Shown: piece after piece, positions 50,901 through 64,000 of the stretch
Numbering within the stretch: the first letter of the stretch is position 1
Layout of the letters: each line of letters starts with the position of its first letter
Assembly (NCBI GenBank): GCA_050084985.1
Contig: JBITNC010000001.1
Coordinates: 112,592,001 to 112,656,000, forward strand
DNA from: Nageia nagi
Taxonomy: Eukaryota > Plantae > Pinophyta
Direction: 5' to 3'
DNA: 64,000 nt
Position numbers and translations under genes: made by a program
The notes under the pieces: model-generated
The model's input: the letters and a program-made list of their open reading frames with translations, nothing else
What the model was told of the DNA's origin: nothing
Databases searched by the model: none

Positions 50901-53900
50901 GATTTCATGATTCAAACTATTTCTTTGAAGATTTACTAGTTGCTAAGTGGAACCTTTTAATTGGATCCGCCCATAATGATATATTTGCATGGTATAATGT
51001 TTGTTGATATTTATTATTGGTTATAAAGCCTATTTTTAGGCTAGGTTTTTTTTTGTAAACATGTACATTATCCTAAGAGTATAATTTTGGTACTTTGGAG
51101 TTGATTCTGAGAGATTGGCTTATTGAAATAAGCTCAAACTTAGACTAGAGATAGAGAAGGATATTGGGTATCCTAAAATGGTCTTTTTGTTAAAAATTTC
51201 CAACTATAAATACTCCAAACTTATCCCATAAAAGTATTATATAATGAGGCAAGTGGGAAGTGCTAGGAGATGAATGGAGAAATTTGAAAAAAGGATTCTA
51301 TGATGAAACTGTAATTGCAAAAGCACTTAGAGAAGTGAAAGGGAGATTATGATAGTCCAAAACACACTAAATACCAATTCCAAATTGGATAATCAAGAGG
51401 AGAGAATTGGATTGAGAGCCCATTGAAGGCCATTGTGAACTTGTCAAAATGCCACCCTAATCAAAGAGGAGCTTTGTTATTGGATGTAGATGAACTAGGG
51501 TAATTCCTTGTGTTATTCTTTTGTGAGTGTGTGATTTATTTCTCTTTATTGCATTTTACTTATTTCTCCACTATTCATTTCCATAAGGACTTGAAAATAG
51601 ATAAGAATGAGAATCCATTGTGTTAACCTTAAAACACCAAGGTAACTAGGGTCTACGAACTAATACTTGTTAGGATTTAGAACTTATGACATAAAAACTT
51701 TTGTACTTATTTAATTAGGAAAATTGGTGTAAATATATAGGATTGTTTTAGTTCTTAATGGGGGAGTATATCATAACCCACTAAACTCCAATCTTAAAAA
51801 ATTATTAACTATTGAGATTTTATATGCATGTTTTAGAATATATATATTTTTTATACATATTTGATAATGACATGTTATATATGATTACGATGGTTATTTA
51901 ATCATGATATATATTATTAAGCATAAAAATTATCATGTTGCATCATTTTTGGTACTATTGAGGTTATGTCATTTTGCAAGGTACTCTTTTAAAGAGCATA
52001 TTTGTCTTGGGAGATAAGGAAAATTACATTCATTTATTTGCATGGGGTTTGTATTCATTGAATCAAAAGGAAATAATATATCATATCATTTTACTCATAC
52101 ATTTATCCATCATTTCAATTTTAATTCAATAGCATCTTTCAATACATTACCAACATAAAGTGATCCTACATTTGCATGAAATCATATAATGGTACTAACA
52201 TTTCATAAATAAGGTCTCATATGGAAAAACATAATATGTTATCTCCATCATTACATAATTATATGGTTCATGAAAGAGCTTTCAAATGCATATTATTGGA
52301 GTTCATGGTATTTACATGGTATCAATGCAAAAGCTAATAATAGCCTCTTGCCTATATACGAAATAGTATATACTTTGCATCAAAAAATGTTCATGGTATT
52401 TACATGGTTGCAATTTGGTTTTAAAAATACATTTAGGCATTCTAGTAAGCATCAAATAATTTTCTAAATGTAAACCCAAAATACTTAAAAATAATACCTA
52501 AAATCACTATCATCAAAACCCAAGAAATAAAGCTACATCCTTAATCTCATATAGACCTAGACCCTTACTAACTTAACCAATTCAATATTTGAATATGTAT
52601 GTGGCTAACCTGAGGGAGCTAGCAAGGTTAGGATCAATAAAATATTAGCATAAAGTGTGAAGGAAATTAAATAAGAAAAAGAAAAATATATGTATTTTGG
52701 CCAAATACCAAATTACAAGGGAGAAAAATAATTTAAATGGCAATAATTAGGATGTCAATTAATAAATTATATAGCCAAAACCTTGGCAAATGATCATGTA
52801 CTTGAGAAATACTATATTAAACCATCTTCAATGAGTAAGGGATATCTTGGAAGTAAAGGGGTGGGTTTTTTTAGGTATTAAAACCACATAATATTGGAAT
52901 GTTCTTAGGAAATGAATTGTGTAATGTTGGTATCTACACCTTTAATTAGGAGTTATCCATCTAGTCATTTTGGAGAACTAGGATCTCAATATGCAAATAC
53001 ATTAGGGAATATTCTAGGTTTCTAAGTATTATGTGTCAAGTGAATTTAAAGTTCCATTTTATTTTGGTTCATTGGGTATATGTTTCCACCATGATTATCC
53101 AAATAGAGTAATTTCAAAAGAAAGTCATTATACATGGCTAGAGGTACTCTATAATCATAGATATTTATGGGAGAATACCTTGGCCACTAGTTTTTTATAA
53201 AGTCAAGACCTTCCATGAGTGCAAAGTGTTTTTAAAATTTTATTTTCATATATTTTTGGAGTCATCCACTAACAAAACCTTGAGTAAGTATGGAAACCTC
53301 TCTTATGAAGTTATCTTTTTGACTTACTATGTTTGAAAACTTGATTCTAATTCAATCATTTGGGATTGATTATGGAGGTTATAAATAGATACTTGTAAGT
53401 TGAATTAAAGGTAAGATAAGAAGTACAACATCTAGGAGAAAAAATAATTAAACTCAAGGTTGCAGACATCTTTTGGTGCTATGGTTTCATGTGAGTTTGA
53501 TTTCTTCTAGCTTAGAAGTTATGAAATGAAACTAGATTTGGTTGTAAAAATTAATACCATGTGTAGTAGCTGAATAATATGATTAATGCAAATGGGTTTG
53601 ATTAATGCAATATTTCTCTAATTTATAAATATTGATGCATATATTAGAAATATGGCAATACAATGTATCATATATACAATAATGTTTACCTAGGTTCTAT
53701 ATTCATTCCATTAATCAAAAACTACATAAGGAACAGAGCATACATTCATGAGCAAGTACACCATTGATGCCCTAGAATTGGTATGCCATTGACACCATAA
53801 TATAAGTGAAATTATGGATGCAAACAAGAATTTAATGATGAATGAATTAGCAGATAATCGAGTTATGAACATACATGCAAACTTATAGAATAATAGATGC

Positions 53901-54339
53901 ACAATGTAGATAAATGAAGCAAGTTGCAATCCTTCAAATGATATTCAATTAATAATCCTTGTATTAGCTTGAAATGATTATTTTCCCATGATTCGCTCCT
54001 CCTATATAGGTCATCAAATGATGCCTTTATATATGATACACGTTTAATGACTTTGATATTTTGACCCCTTGTACAATCCACAAGGGTCAAATACATGGCC
54101 TACACCTCTTTTATACATTTTTAATCCCTTTTTACATAATAGTATATTAAGTGATTAAAATGATTTATTAAATACATAAAGGTTCATTTTGATGCATCTA
54201 CACCATGCATGGTTATTTATGTGAAATATTTAAATGTAATTAGCATTCTTTGCAGTTCACATGGTTCCAAAAACCTATAAGTTCCATGTTAAAATAGTTA
54301 ACAATTTGAAAATTTGTAGGGGTCATTTTTTTTAATAAA

Positions 54340-57062
54340 AAGTTGTCAATGGAATATTAGTAGGGAAAGCATAAGAGAATGAAGCTAAGAAATTTAAGAT
54401 GATACTAAAAGGTTGTGAGAAAGCTTCACACACAAGTGTAAACATACAAAAAAAGCAAAGAAAACTAACTAAGATATTGGGTTTTCAAATTATTAGGCTT
54501 TTGAGAAAATACTTAAGCATTCCCCTTTTAGAGAAAGTATTAAAGATAAATTCTAGGATGAAGTTCTAGATAAAATCAATAATAAATTATCCAAGTGGAA
54601 GGGAAAAACCTTGAATTATGCATCCATATTATTTCTTATTAAACATACACTTCAAATCCTACCTAAATACAATGCTCTAATTTTTAAGATGCTAGAATTT
54701 ATTACAAATAAAGTGGACAAGGTATGTAGAATATTTATTTAGGGTAAGAGGATAAAGGAAAAAATTCTCCTTAGTTTCATAGAGCAAAATTTATAGGGAA
54801 AGAGCCAAAAGAGGAGTAGATATGAAGAAAATGAAGCATTTTAGCCAAGCTTTAAGGGAAAATGGCTTAGAAGCTTATAAGAGAGGAAGACAGGGATTGG
54901 ATCAAGGTATCTAAAGTGAAATACCTAGAAAATAACAACTCATTTCTTAGAATAGATAATCCTCCTAATGGATCCCCTTTATAAAATGGCCTAGTCAATA
55001 TAAGATTTATTTTTACAAAAAATATAAAATGGAAAGTAGGGAGGGGTGACTTAGTCTAATTTTAGGAAGATTAATGGATCAAGGAAAAACCACTCATTTG
55101 ATATATGAAAGTAATAAAAAGAGTAGAGTGGATGATCAAAGATCAAGGGGATAAGGTGAAATACTATTACAAAGAACAATCAACAAAATGGTTGATTAAC
55201 AAGCCATCAAATAAGCAAGATGAACATTAGTTTAGAAAAATCATAGGGGAGATGATACAAGGTAACAAGGTGGTTTGATAACCCTAAAAATCCACCCATA
55301 TGGTCTCAATCCAAATTTTGCCTGCACCATCCCCAAAAACCCACTCAAACGATCTTGAACCTATTTTTGCCTCAAATATCCCCAAAAATCCACCAAGATG
55401 GAAAATTCTCTAGTTTCACCTACGACAACCCCACAATCCATCTAGATGAGGTTGGAACCATTTTTGCCTCATCAACCCCAAAACACCCACCCCAATGGAC
55501 CCTAAAACACCTTGTGTCAAAGGCCAAAGTGGATTGTATTAAAGGATGAAGAATATAAAGTTAGAGATGAAGTAAGGTGGCTATCTAATGCAATAAAAGA
55601 AGAAAATAAAGAGCTATAAGGAAGGGTTTGGATTAAAGGTATGATCCCTAAAATTGCATTTTTTATGTGGTTAACCACTCATAATAAGTTGGAAGCAATA
55701 GAAAATCTATAGCAAAAAGGAATACAAATCCCCAACATATGTTCTTTATGTTACAGTGATGAGGAATCGGAGTACATATTCTTACACTACGCTTTCACAA
55801 CATATGTGTGGAATAATATCAAGAAGAGTATAAAGTATATAGAATGCTTCTCAAGCACTATTCAAGAGTTAATTATCCAATAGAATCTAGACAAACCAAA
55901 TAGAAGAGAGTAGGAGTTTTGGAGCTTCATTCTCTTCCATAACTTTTGGCATATATGGAAAGAAAGGAATTAAAGAGTTTTCAATAATAGGAAGAATAAA
56001 ACAAATCACATCTACAAAATAAGCTTGGTAAGAGAAATATAAATATTTTGAAACTTGTATTAAGGGGGGAAGGGGGAAAGAAATTAACAATTTGTTAAGT
56101 GAAATACAACATGGATTATTTTAAGTAAAGGATTAAGTAGATTAATTTAGCAGACTAATCCATAACAATCAACATAAATCATGGGAAGTAGGTAGAGAAG
56201 AAAGAGATAGAGAAAAGCATAAGAAACACAAATTTGGTGGAGCTTGAGGAACCATTAGAGGTTATCTTACTTCTAGTAGGAGACAAGAGACCTAAAGGAA
56301 ACATTCTCTAGCCACTAGTAGATAGATAAATTCATAATACAATGCTTACAAAGGAAATACTATAAGAAGGATAAATGATTTCAATTTTTGATGACATTAG
56401 AGAAAATCTAGTGGCATTGAATGATGTAAAGGAGGATGTATACTAATTAATTACTTAAGGAACAAATATAAGAAGATGAATTTTATTTTCCCATAAGACT
56501 AGGCTATAATGAAACTTTAGCTAGGTAGAGATTTGGGTAAGAAATAAGATGAAGAAGCAGTTGCACAACCTTTAAGTACTTCTTAGAGAAATTAAGATAG
56601 TTTGAAAAGTTTTAAGCATTCTAAATAATTTTAAAGCTACTTATTTCTAATCTAATGTATGTTTTATTTATATTTAGTCCAACTCAAAATTTTGAGATTG
56701 GTGAAAACATGAAAAATTTGGGATAAGTAGAATGAAGAAAAAATAAGAAGACCATTTGGTGACAAGGTTTAGCTACTAAATGTTGAATGTAAACTTGAGA
56801 TTTTGAACTCTAGTATTATTCCCTATTAATTAGGGTTATGAATATATATAATATAAATATATATGTTGGTAGTAGGTAGCATAGTCTTGAATTTCGTATG
56901 AGTGCTTATATACTTGCAATGCAAAGCAGAATGAGGCATAGAAGCAAACTCTGACATAATGTTTGTAAAATAAATTTGAAGCTAATTTTTGTTAAGGTTC
57001 TTAGAGGCCCTTTAAAACTCTAATTTTTTAATTAATACAAAATTAAGCTTATTAATAAAAAA
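54340..57062 (+). mobile_element. 5'-truncated degenerate L1-type LINE (RT C-terminus, zf-RVT, RNase H-like tail) with a ~240-bp C-rich insertion at ~55280-55520
   Basis: EAKKFKMILKGCEKAS...VNIQKS at ~54380-54455; KYLSIPL at ~54507; WIKGMIPKIAFFMWLTTHNKL...CSLCYSDEES at ~55630-55770; A-rich end attaataaaaaa at ~57051-57062. Confidence 0.8.
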
Positions 57063-60000
57063 TTTAAACCAAGTGAAATGTTAAACATTTTGGGAAAAAC
57101 TTGTAAGGTCATTCATTATTGAAGTCGTAATATTGACCAAGTCATAATATTAATGTTTAGGTCCAATCTAGATGAACTTTTATTTTCCAACTTCTATAAC
57201 TTTTTTCTATATGGCTCCATTTACTTTACTTTATGTAGGTTTGGAAAGCTTTTTTGAGAATATTTCCAATGGTATATCACATATATAACTTTGAAAAATG
57301 CAAACATATCATTTCATCTTTAGAAAAACATGTTTTTATCACTTTTCATCAACTGTAAAATAATCATTTCTAGCTTTTTCAAAAACATGAGTAACTCATT
57401 TTGAGAGACTATAACTTATATTGTATGATTCAATTTTTAATGCTCTTTACATATTTAGATAGATATTTCTAATGTATCTATATAATGTAAACCTTGCATA
57501 TTTTAAAGTAGTACAAGTCTCTCATTTTACTTCTACAAAATTGCATTTTATCATTTTCTACAAAACTACCAACACTTAGATAAAAACTACCAAACTATAG
57601 ATAACTAGTGAAAATTATCAAACTTTTTTTCTAAAGTTTATCTTCTCAAGCTTGATATACAATTATAAATTACATTTAAAATTATTTCCAATGATATGCT
57701 ACTTGTACAATTCTAATAAGTATAACCCCTTTTTATAGCCTTCACAAAAAGATAGTTAATCTTTTTTCTATAGTTGGTGTTGCAAGTTATTGCAAGCAAC
57801 TAGTTGGGTATGAATAATTGAATAGGAAGATTTACACATTGGAGGTGGTTTCAAGAAAATGTATTCTTATGGTTGCAACTAGTTGTAAGTAATGACCTTT
57901 AATTAAATGATTATATGTGTTTGTAGGTAGCTACAAGCAAAGGTCTTGATGTGGTTACAAGTTATTGCAAATAGTTTCAAGCGATTGCAAGTAGCTATAT
58001 ACAACTTCTTATATTTATAAAAAATATTGAAGAGCATAATATCCACCAAATGCATCAATATTATGTTCTAATTTCTTATGTTTTCTAGAATATTCATCAA
58101 TTAATCAACATTACAACTATAAAAAATTAATACTAAATTTTCCATAAAAATATGAAATGGTAAAGTAAAATGAATGTAAATAGGTGGAAATAATTAGTGT
58201 AAAAATGAAAATTTTATGGACTTATCATCCCCCTAACTCAAAGATCTTATATGTCCTCATAAAATCATTTTGCAAAAGTTATTCCATACATCAACTGATT
58301 GTATCTTCTTCTCCATATTTTTTGTTATATTTGTTGTAACTATTATTTATGAATGAGTGATATCAATATCTCATATTTTTCTCCAATCAATCATATATGC
58401 ATTTTATAGATATTCATGAATAAATCTTACATATCTCCCCCCAACTCAACAATGTGTGCATCTCACACATCAAATAAGGATGGTAAAACAAGCCATTGTA
58501 TTCCCCCCAACTCAAAAGTGTGGGCATCCACACGCACATTGGAAGATAATAAAAGGAAGAAAATACCAATAGATAAGGGAGGTATAAGGATTAAGGAAAA
58601 TAGAATTGAGATTATGGAATGCGAGAATAGAAGTGGTAAATTTATTAAATATCATGCAATTAGAAGTGATAAAATTAAAATTATAGGAAAAAGAAATAAA
58701 ATTAAAGCATACTCAATTTGTTGTGAAAAAATGGATGAAGATAGCCAACACTTAAAGTCTTTCAATATCCTTTTATAGCATTCAATTCAACTTGGCATCA
58801 AGCATTATTATTTCCTTTTGGTTGATGTAAGATTGCTCATTCACCTAAGATTCTATTGCATCATATATCTAGGTATAAAGATTGAGTTTTTCTTTTCAAG
58901 GATCCTACTAGACATATGATTTTTAAATTATCCTTTGTTCAATAGTGCCCAAAAGGGTTTTCACTACTATTTTTTCTTTTTTTGTAGATTGTTGTAACTT
59001 GGAAAACAAAATCATGTCATATTGAATGAAATGTATTATTATCCAAGTTTTTTTTGAAGATCCATACCTGATCTTGAGTTTTGAACTTTATCTATTATTT
59101 TATGTTATCCTTAAAACCATGACTGCATCATGCATCTTGTCAAATAATTGATGTGCCTCTTATGCATACATATTTGTATTTAGGTTATCAATGATTTTAC
59201 AGCCATAATATTTGATGAAGAAATAAATTCCACTATTTAAACCATATTTATGTACTTTTGTACAACCTCCATATAATAGGTACAAAAATGACCTTATTAC
59301 TGATATGTGTAAATATTCATTTAAGGCCACCTTGGAGAACCTTGCAAGAATAAATTAGTAAGAGTTACTCTCTTAAATTTAAACTATTGGTGCTTTATAT
59401 CACCATAAACATATGGTATACATTTTAAGGTACATAAGAAAATAGTCTGAAACTTATGGACTTTGAAAAATGAAAATTTATCATTTTTGATAGTTGGGAA
59501 TAACATAGAAAACTTGTGTTGGAATCTAACTTGGTAGATGAATAAGAAACAACTCTAAAGGAGTTAGAGGTTAAAATTTAAATCATAAATAATCAATATA
59601 GTGGAGAGAATAAATTTTAAATTTTATGATATTTGGGTGTATCGTTAGAATGATGAAAGTACTCCAAATGGAATCATAATAATTTTTAACAACTGGGAAA
59701 AATTGAGAAATGGAAATTACAACCTTGTGATGAGTCCAACTCTCTTTCCTTGTAGTTGAGTAGATGGTCCTTGTAGTTTCTACCTCATGTGAATTATTAT
59801 GGATCTTGAAGTTGGTTTTCATCCATGAGGTTGCTATAAAATTTGATTTTCAACCTTATGAATATCAACTATTGTAGTCTCTTTTTTTTGGAGAAGTGTT
59901 ACATGTAAAATAATATCTTCAACCTCAATATTTCAATGAAGAAAGTAGAGGAATTATTAGGTACTATAAGAAGTACTTTCAAGGTGGAAATTCTTTGAGA

Positions 60001-61379
60001 TATGATATCATAATCTTCAATAAATAGGAATCTATACATGGACTATGATGACCCACGCGTAGACTTTATTTCTTCATTCTTAAAATTAATATTTAGACAT
60101 AGACTATGATGATCCATGAGTAGTCATTGTTATATAATTCATTTTTATAGAAGTATATATAGAATTTATCCATCTAGAAGAGCTTCATTCATACATGGTT
60201 TTATTTCAGATTTCCTACACTTGTACACATCAACACAAGATTTCCATTGAAGAGAAAATATTTGAGAGGTAAATGACCCACTTTTTATCTCAATATCCCT
60301 ACAAAAAATAATCTTAATAGAAAAAGAGCAAGTTCTATCCATTTCCATTGAAAATGTTATGAATTATTGTATATATGTTAAGTGCGATCAACATAATATG
60401 GACATGTTGTTATAATTGCAAACCATTATATATACATGGGCTATACTTTTTATCAATGTAAACACCTAAAAATAAATTATTATTTATTAAATAATTTATG
60501 TTTATAGCATCAATGGATATTTATTGTAAAAATAGGTTCAAATATACACAAGGTAATGGAATTGATGTAAAAGGGACACCAAAAGATGTAAGTGTTGTCA
60601 AATATCAATAAAGGCATCATAAGCTATGTAATATGTGATGATCCCAAGAAAAGGAGAGGATCAAGATGTTGCTATAAAAGAATATCTAGTGCAAATCATT
60701 CCCTATTAGATAGCTCAACATATGCACATTATATCATATGAACAACAATGATATTTTATATCACCACCTATTTGAGGATATTTAATCTATTCTTCATTAC
60801 ACTTCACATATTTAAATTTTATTACTTGATTAAATGTATTTAACATTGTTGATACTACACAAAAGGTAAGAGCAGAGTGCCTGCACCATGATTTTGAAAT
60901 CTAAGGAAGGCCAACTTGAGAAAAGATGTCTTTTTACAACTTGATGATACAAATATGATAAAAGGTAGCACTTTATTATTTATAAATACTAGTATATTAT
61001 CATATATGCTTTAGTAATTATATTGTAGATAAATAGTTACTTTTTTAGTTACTTGTGTATTAATTTTCATTCACATTTTAGTGAACCCATTATTTCAAAT
61101 GATCTAAATTCTGTAATGGATCCAATTTTGCTAATATCATGATTTACCTATTCATAGAGCATTGATGCTATTAAGATGAATGGCAATTAGTTCATGTAAT
61201 TTTACCAAGTTATAGCACATGTTATCATAAATTCTATAAAGGGCACACTTACATTGTAAACTTCTACTAGTAATACTTAGCCTATATTTGACACTACCCT
61301 AGCTACAAGAGTGTCAAAGATTGAGAATAATCAAAGATCTAAACAAAAGAAAGAAGACTTTGATGGTATCTTCACCACA

Positions 61380-62330
61380 TCCTTATTGGTAGATATCCAT
61401 AATTTTCCCCTACCACTCGACCTCAAGGCCCCCTAAGTTTGACATGTTTGATGAAGACTCAAAATAACTCTTATAAGCTTTTGGGATGAGTTCTTCTTGA
61501 AATTGGGATCCAAAGAGAAATTGATTGCCAAATTATTCCCAAGAAATTTAAAAGGTGATGCCAACCAATGGTTCTATAACTTACCATAGGGAACCATAGA
61601 TTCATTCAAATCACTAGTAAAAGCACTCATCAATCAATATACACATAATATCAAGGAGAAAAGTATTATTATAGAGTTGTATGCCTTTCGCTAAGGGTCC
61701 AATGAAACCCTAGAGAAATAAATTCTAAGATTCAAAAAGATATGGTAATCCATTCTTATAAAATTAGATGAAGCTAAAATTTATGGTATTTTTGTTGATT
61801 CCATTCTTCTAGTTATTAAGTAACATGCTCTTGATTATATTGAGATGTATTTAACAATAATGAAAATAAGATTATTATCAAAAGAGAAAGTTTTGATATA
61901 GCTTGGATCACTCAAGTATATAACTACCACATATAATAAAGATAACAAAAAGCCATATGCTAGAAAGGAAGAAAAGGACATGAACATGGTTGGAAAACTT
62001 GCTCTCACTAGATATGCTACAATAAGAAATCATGCATTCACACTTCCTATTTAGCTACGACTTATTTTGTAGGGTCTTGTCAAAAAGTTCTTCTTGAAGC
62101 TAGTTGATAGAAAAGTTGATAATTATAGTGTGTCATTTGGTGATTCAAATGCTTATTGTACTTATCATCAAAGAAGGGTATATTCTATAAACAAATACAA
62201 GTCTCTTGAAGCATCCATATTATATCAAGCATTGTATAAGGAAAATACAAAATCAATGAAAATGTTTCACATCTAGATCAAGTAATCAATACTATATATC
62301 CTAATCCTCAAGCTTATAACATGATACAAA
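61380..62330 (+). mobile_element. Degenerate Tat/Ogre-type gag fragment
   Basis: PKFDMFD...LIAKLFPRNLKGDANQWFYNLP*GTIDSFKSLVKALINQYTHNI at ~61430-61650, and a decayed knuckle YCTYHQRRVYSINKY at ~62154-62200. Confidence 0.8.
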
Positions 62331-62484
62331 AATTAAAGATTACTCATGCTAAAATTAGTTTATGATCTCATTAGTAAATCCAAAAAAAATAGAGAGGTCC
62401 TATATGAGTTGTTCAAAAAGAAAAATATTCCCAAAAATATTTTTGTTGTGTTATTTAAAAAAAAAAATAACCCATTAAATAGTA

Positions 62485-63097
62485 TGATGTAATTTTTGTT
62501 AGAATTATAATGTTATTTAGGGCATTATATAATTAATATGCTTAGCATATTAATAATCACCTAAATTTGGTTATTAGGTGATAATGAGGTTCATCCATGG
62601 TGGGTGGAATAGTATTCTCCACCCAACTTAAAATAATATTGTTAGGTACAATAGTGTTTCCACTAACAATTAAATGTAATTCTATATTGTAACTTAGGGT
62701 TAACTAACGTATTGTGGTTAGGTTAGTTAACTACCTAAGGTTAGTTTTGAGTCCTATAAAAGGAGCTTATTTTGTAAAGATTTGTAAAGGAGATGAAGAT
62801 GGGAAGTTGTTAGTATAGATCTTAGTTAGTAAGGTCTTAAGCATGTAAGCTATGCTTCATGCTAAGGAGAGTCATGGTTGATATCCATATTAGTGTACAT
62901 TGTTTGAGAGTATAGTGAAAAGGAGATCTAAAGTGGAGTACTCCATGTGATAGAGGAACCACTATACATCTTGTGTTACTATGTGAGAATGTTTCTTAAA
63001 TTCTTAATTTAGAATGATTGATTACTATATTTGATGAAGGTCCTACAAGTGTATTTGGGTTATGGAATCCTTCAATTCCATCAAATGGTATCAAAGC
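62485..63097 (+). mobile_element. 5' LTR (62485-63083) with tRNA-iMet PBS of another LTR retrotransposon
   Basis: Inverted termini TGATG...CATCA. TATA cctataaaagg at ~62753. PBS TGGTATCAAAGC at 63086-63097 (one mismatch to TGGTATCAGAGC). No coding region follows. Confidence 0.82.
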
Positions 63098-64000
63098 ATC
63101 TTTGTGGGATCTTCTCCAAACTTCAACTTGGAAATTTGAGGTAACTCACCTCAAATTAAGGTATATCTAAAATCTTATCTTATTTCATTTTTTTCTTGAA
63201 ACTATATCTACCATATTATTTGTATGGTTAGATTAAAATCTTTGGTAGATCTAAGTTTAAGGTTTGAGTTCAATCTTAATTAAACTATTATTTTTTAAAG
63301 TTAAAACATTAGATCTGTTATTATTTTGATACATCTTGATAATAATGATCTATACTAATGATAAAACATTTATTTATGTTAGATTAATGGTGCTAATATC
63401 TAACATTTTATGATAATTATCATAATAGAAGTATAAATTTGCAATAATATTTATAAAATTTATTTGATTTGGAACTTTCATATTTTGGTATGTGCCCATC
63501 TTGAGATGTTGTAAGAACTAATTTAAAAATAAGTATATGATTTTTATAAGTCTTAAAGTTTCCTTTTCAATATGGTGTCCTTTTCTATGCTAGTGTTGAA
63601 ATAATCTTTTTGGGTTTCTAGAAATTTGTTTTAATCCTCCTAATGGAACATCAATATGTAGTTGTAATATAATGATTACATTGTGCATTAAAGGTGTTGC
63701 ATCAGTTAGGATGCTCTTCAAATTTTCTTTCAAAGTGAATCCCTTGGCAATGAAACTCACTTGTGGGCTATCTTCCATAGTCACTTTGTTAAGGTGTAAT
63801 GTCTACCATGATAGGATGGGCTGCATTGGAAACAAATGTTTAGAACTTTCATTCTATGTAGGAAGGGGTTCACCAAATAATATCACCATCATACATCACT
63901 CATGGCCATCCTTTCCTACCCAACCAAAGTAGTATATCTCACCTATCCCATTCTTATGATTATGCTCAATGATTCTATTCCAAATAGGGATTCCCAAATG

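Noticed and set aside
63560-64000. Retrotransposon pol fragment at the window end
   Set aside because: Composition is suggestive, but no motif could be read with confidence.

Overview
AT-rich eukaryotic plant DNA, most likely a gymnosperm/conifer (inferred from multi-kb TE-filled introns, a Tat-type Ty3/gypsy element with PROT-aRH-RT order, and heavy deamination-type decay). I found no intact protein-coding gene, rRNA, true tRNA gene or CRISPR system. The one recognisable host gene is a spliced + strand ubiquitin-activating enzyme E1 (UBA1-like) pseudogene. Four exons are well supported (14121-14292, 18031-18233, 23265-23312, 23615-23898), and possible 5' exons lie at 5.4-6.9 kb. It keeps the GAGGIGCE loop and the catalytic-Cys motif PICTLKNFP but carries frameshifts, internal deletions and a nonsense codon. 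Its active-site motif resembles animal/fungal UBA1 more than flowering-plant UBA1/2 (reference motifs recalled, not searched). The rest is nested, decayed mobile DNA: several Ty3/gypsy and Ty1/copia remnants, solo LTRs, two L1-type LINEs, a tRNA-derived SINE with TSD, polypurine tracts, a 111-bp satellite and microsatellites. The most striking non-coding structure is an array of 11 hairpin-forming ~42-50 bp repeats with variable spacers (20.67-21.94 kb) inside an LTR-like insertion in an E1 intron. All translations and alignments were done by eye, and TE boundaries are approximate unless terminal motifs are quoted.
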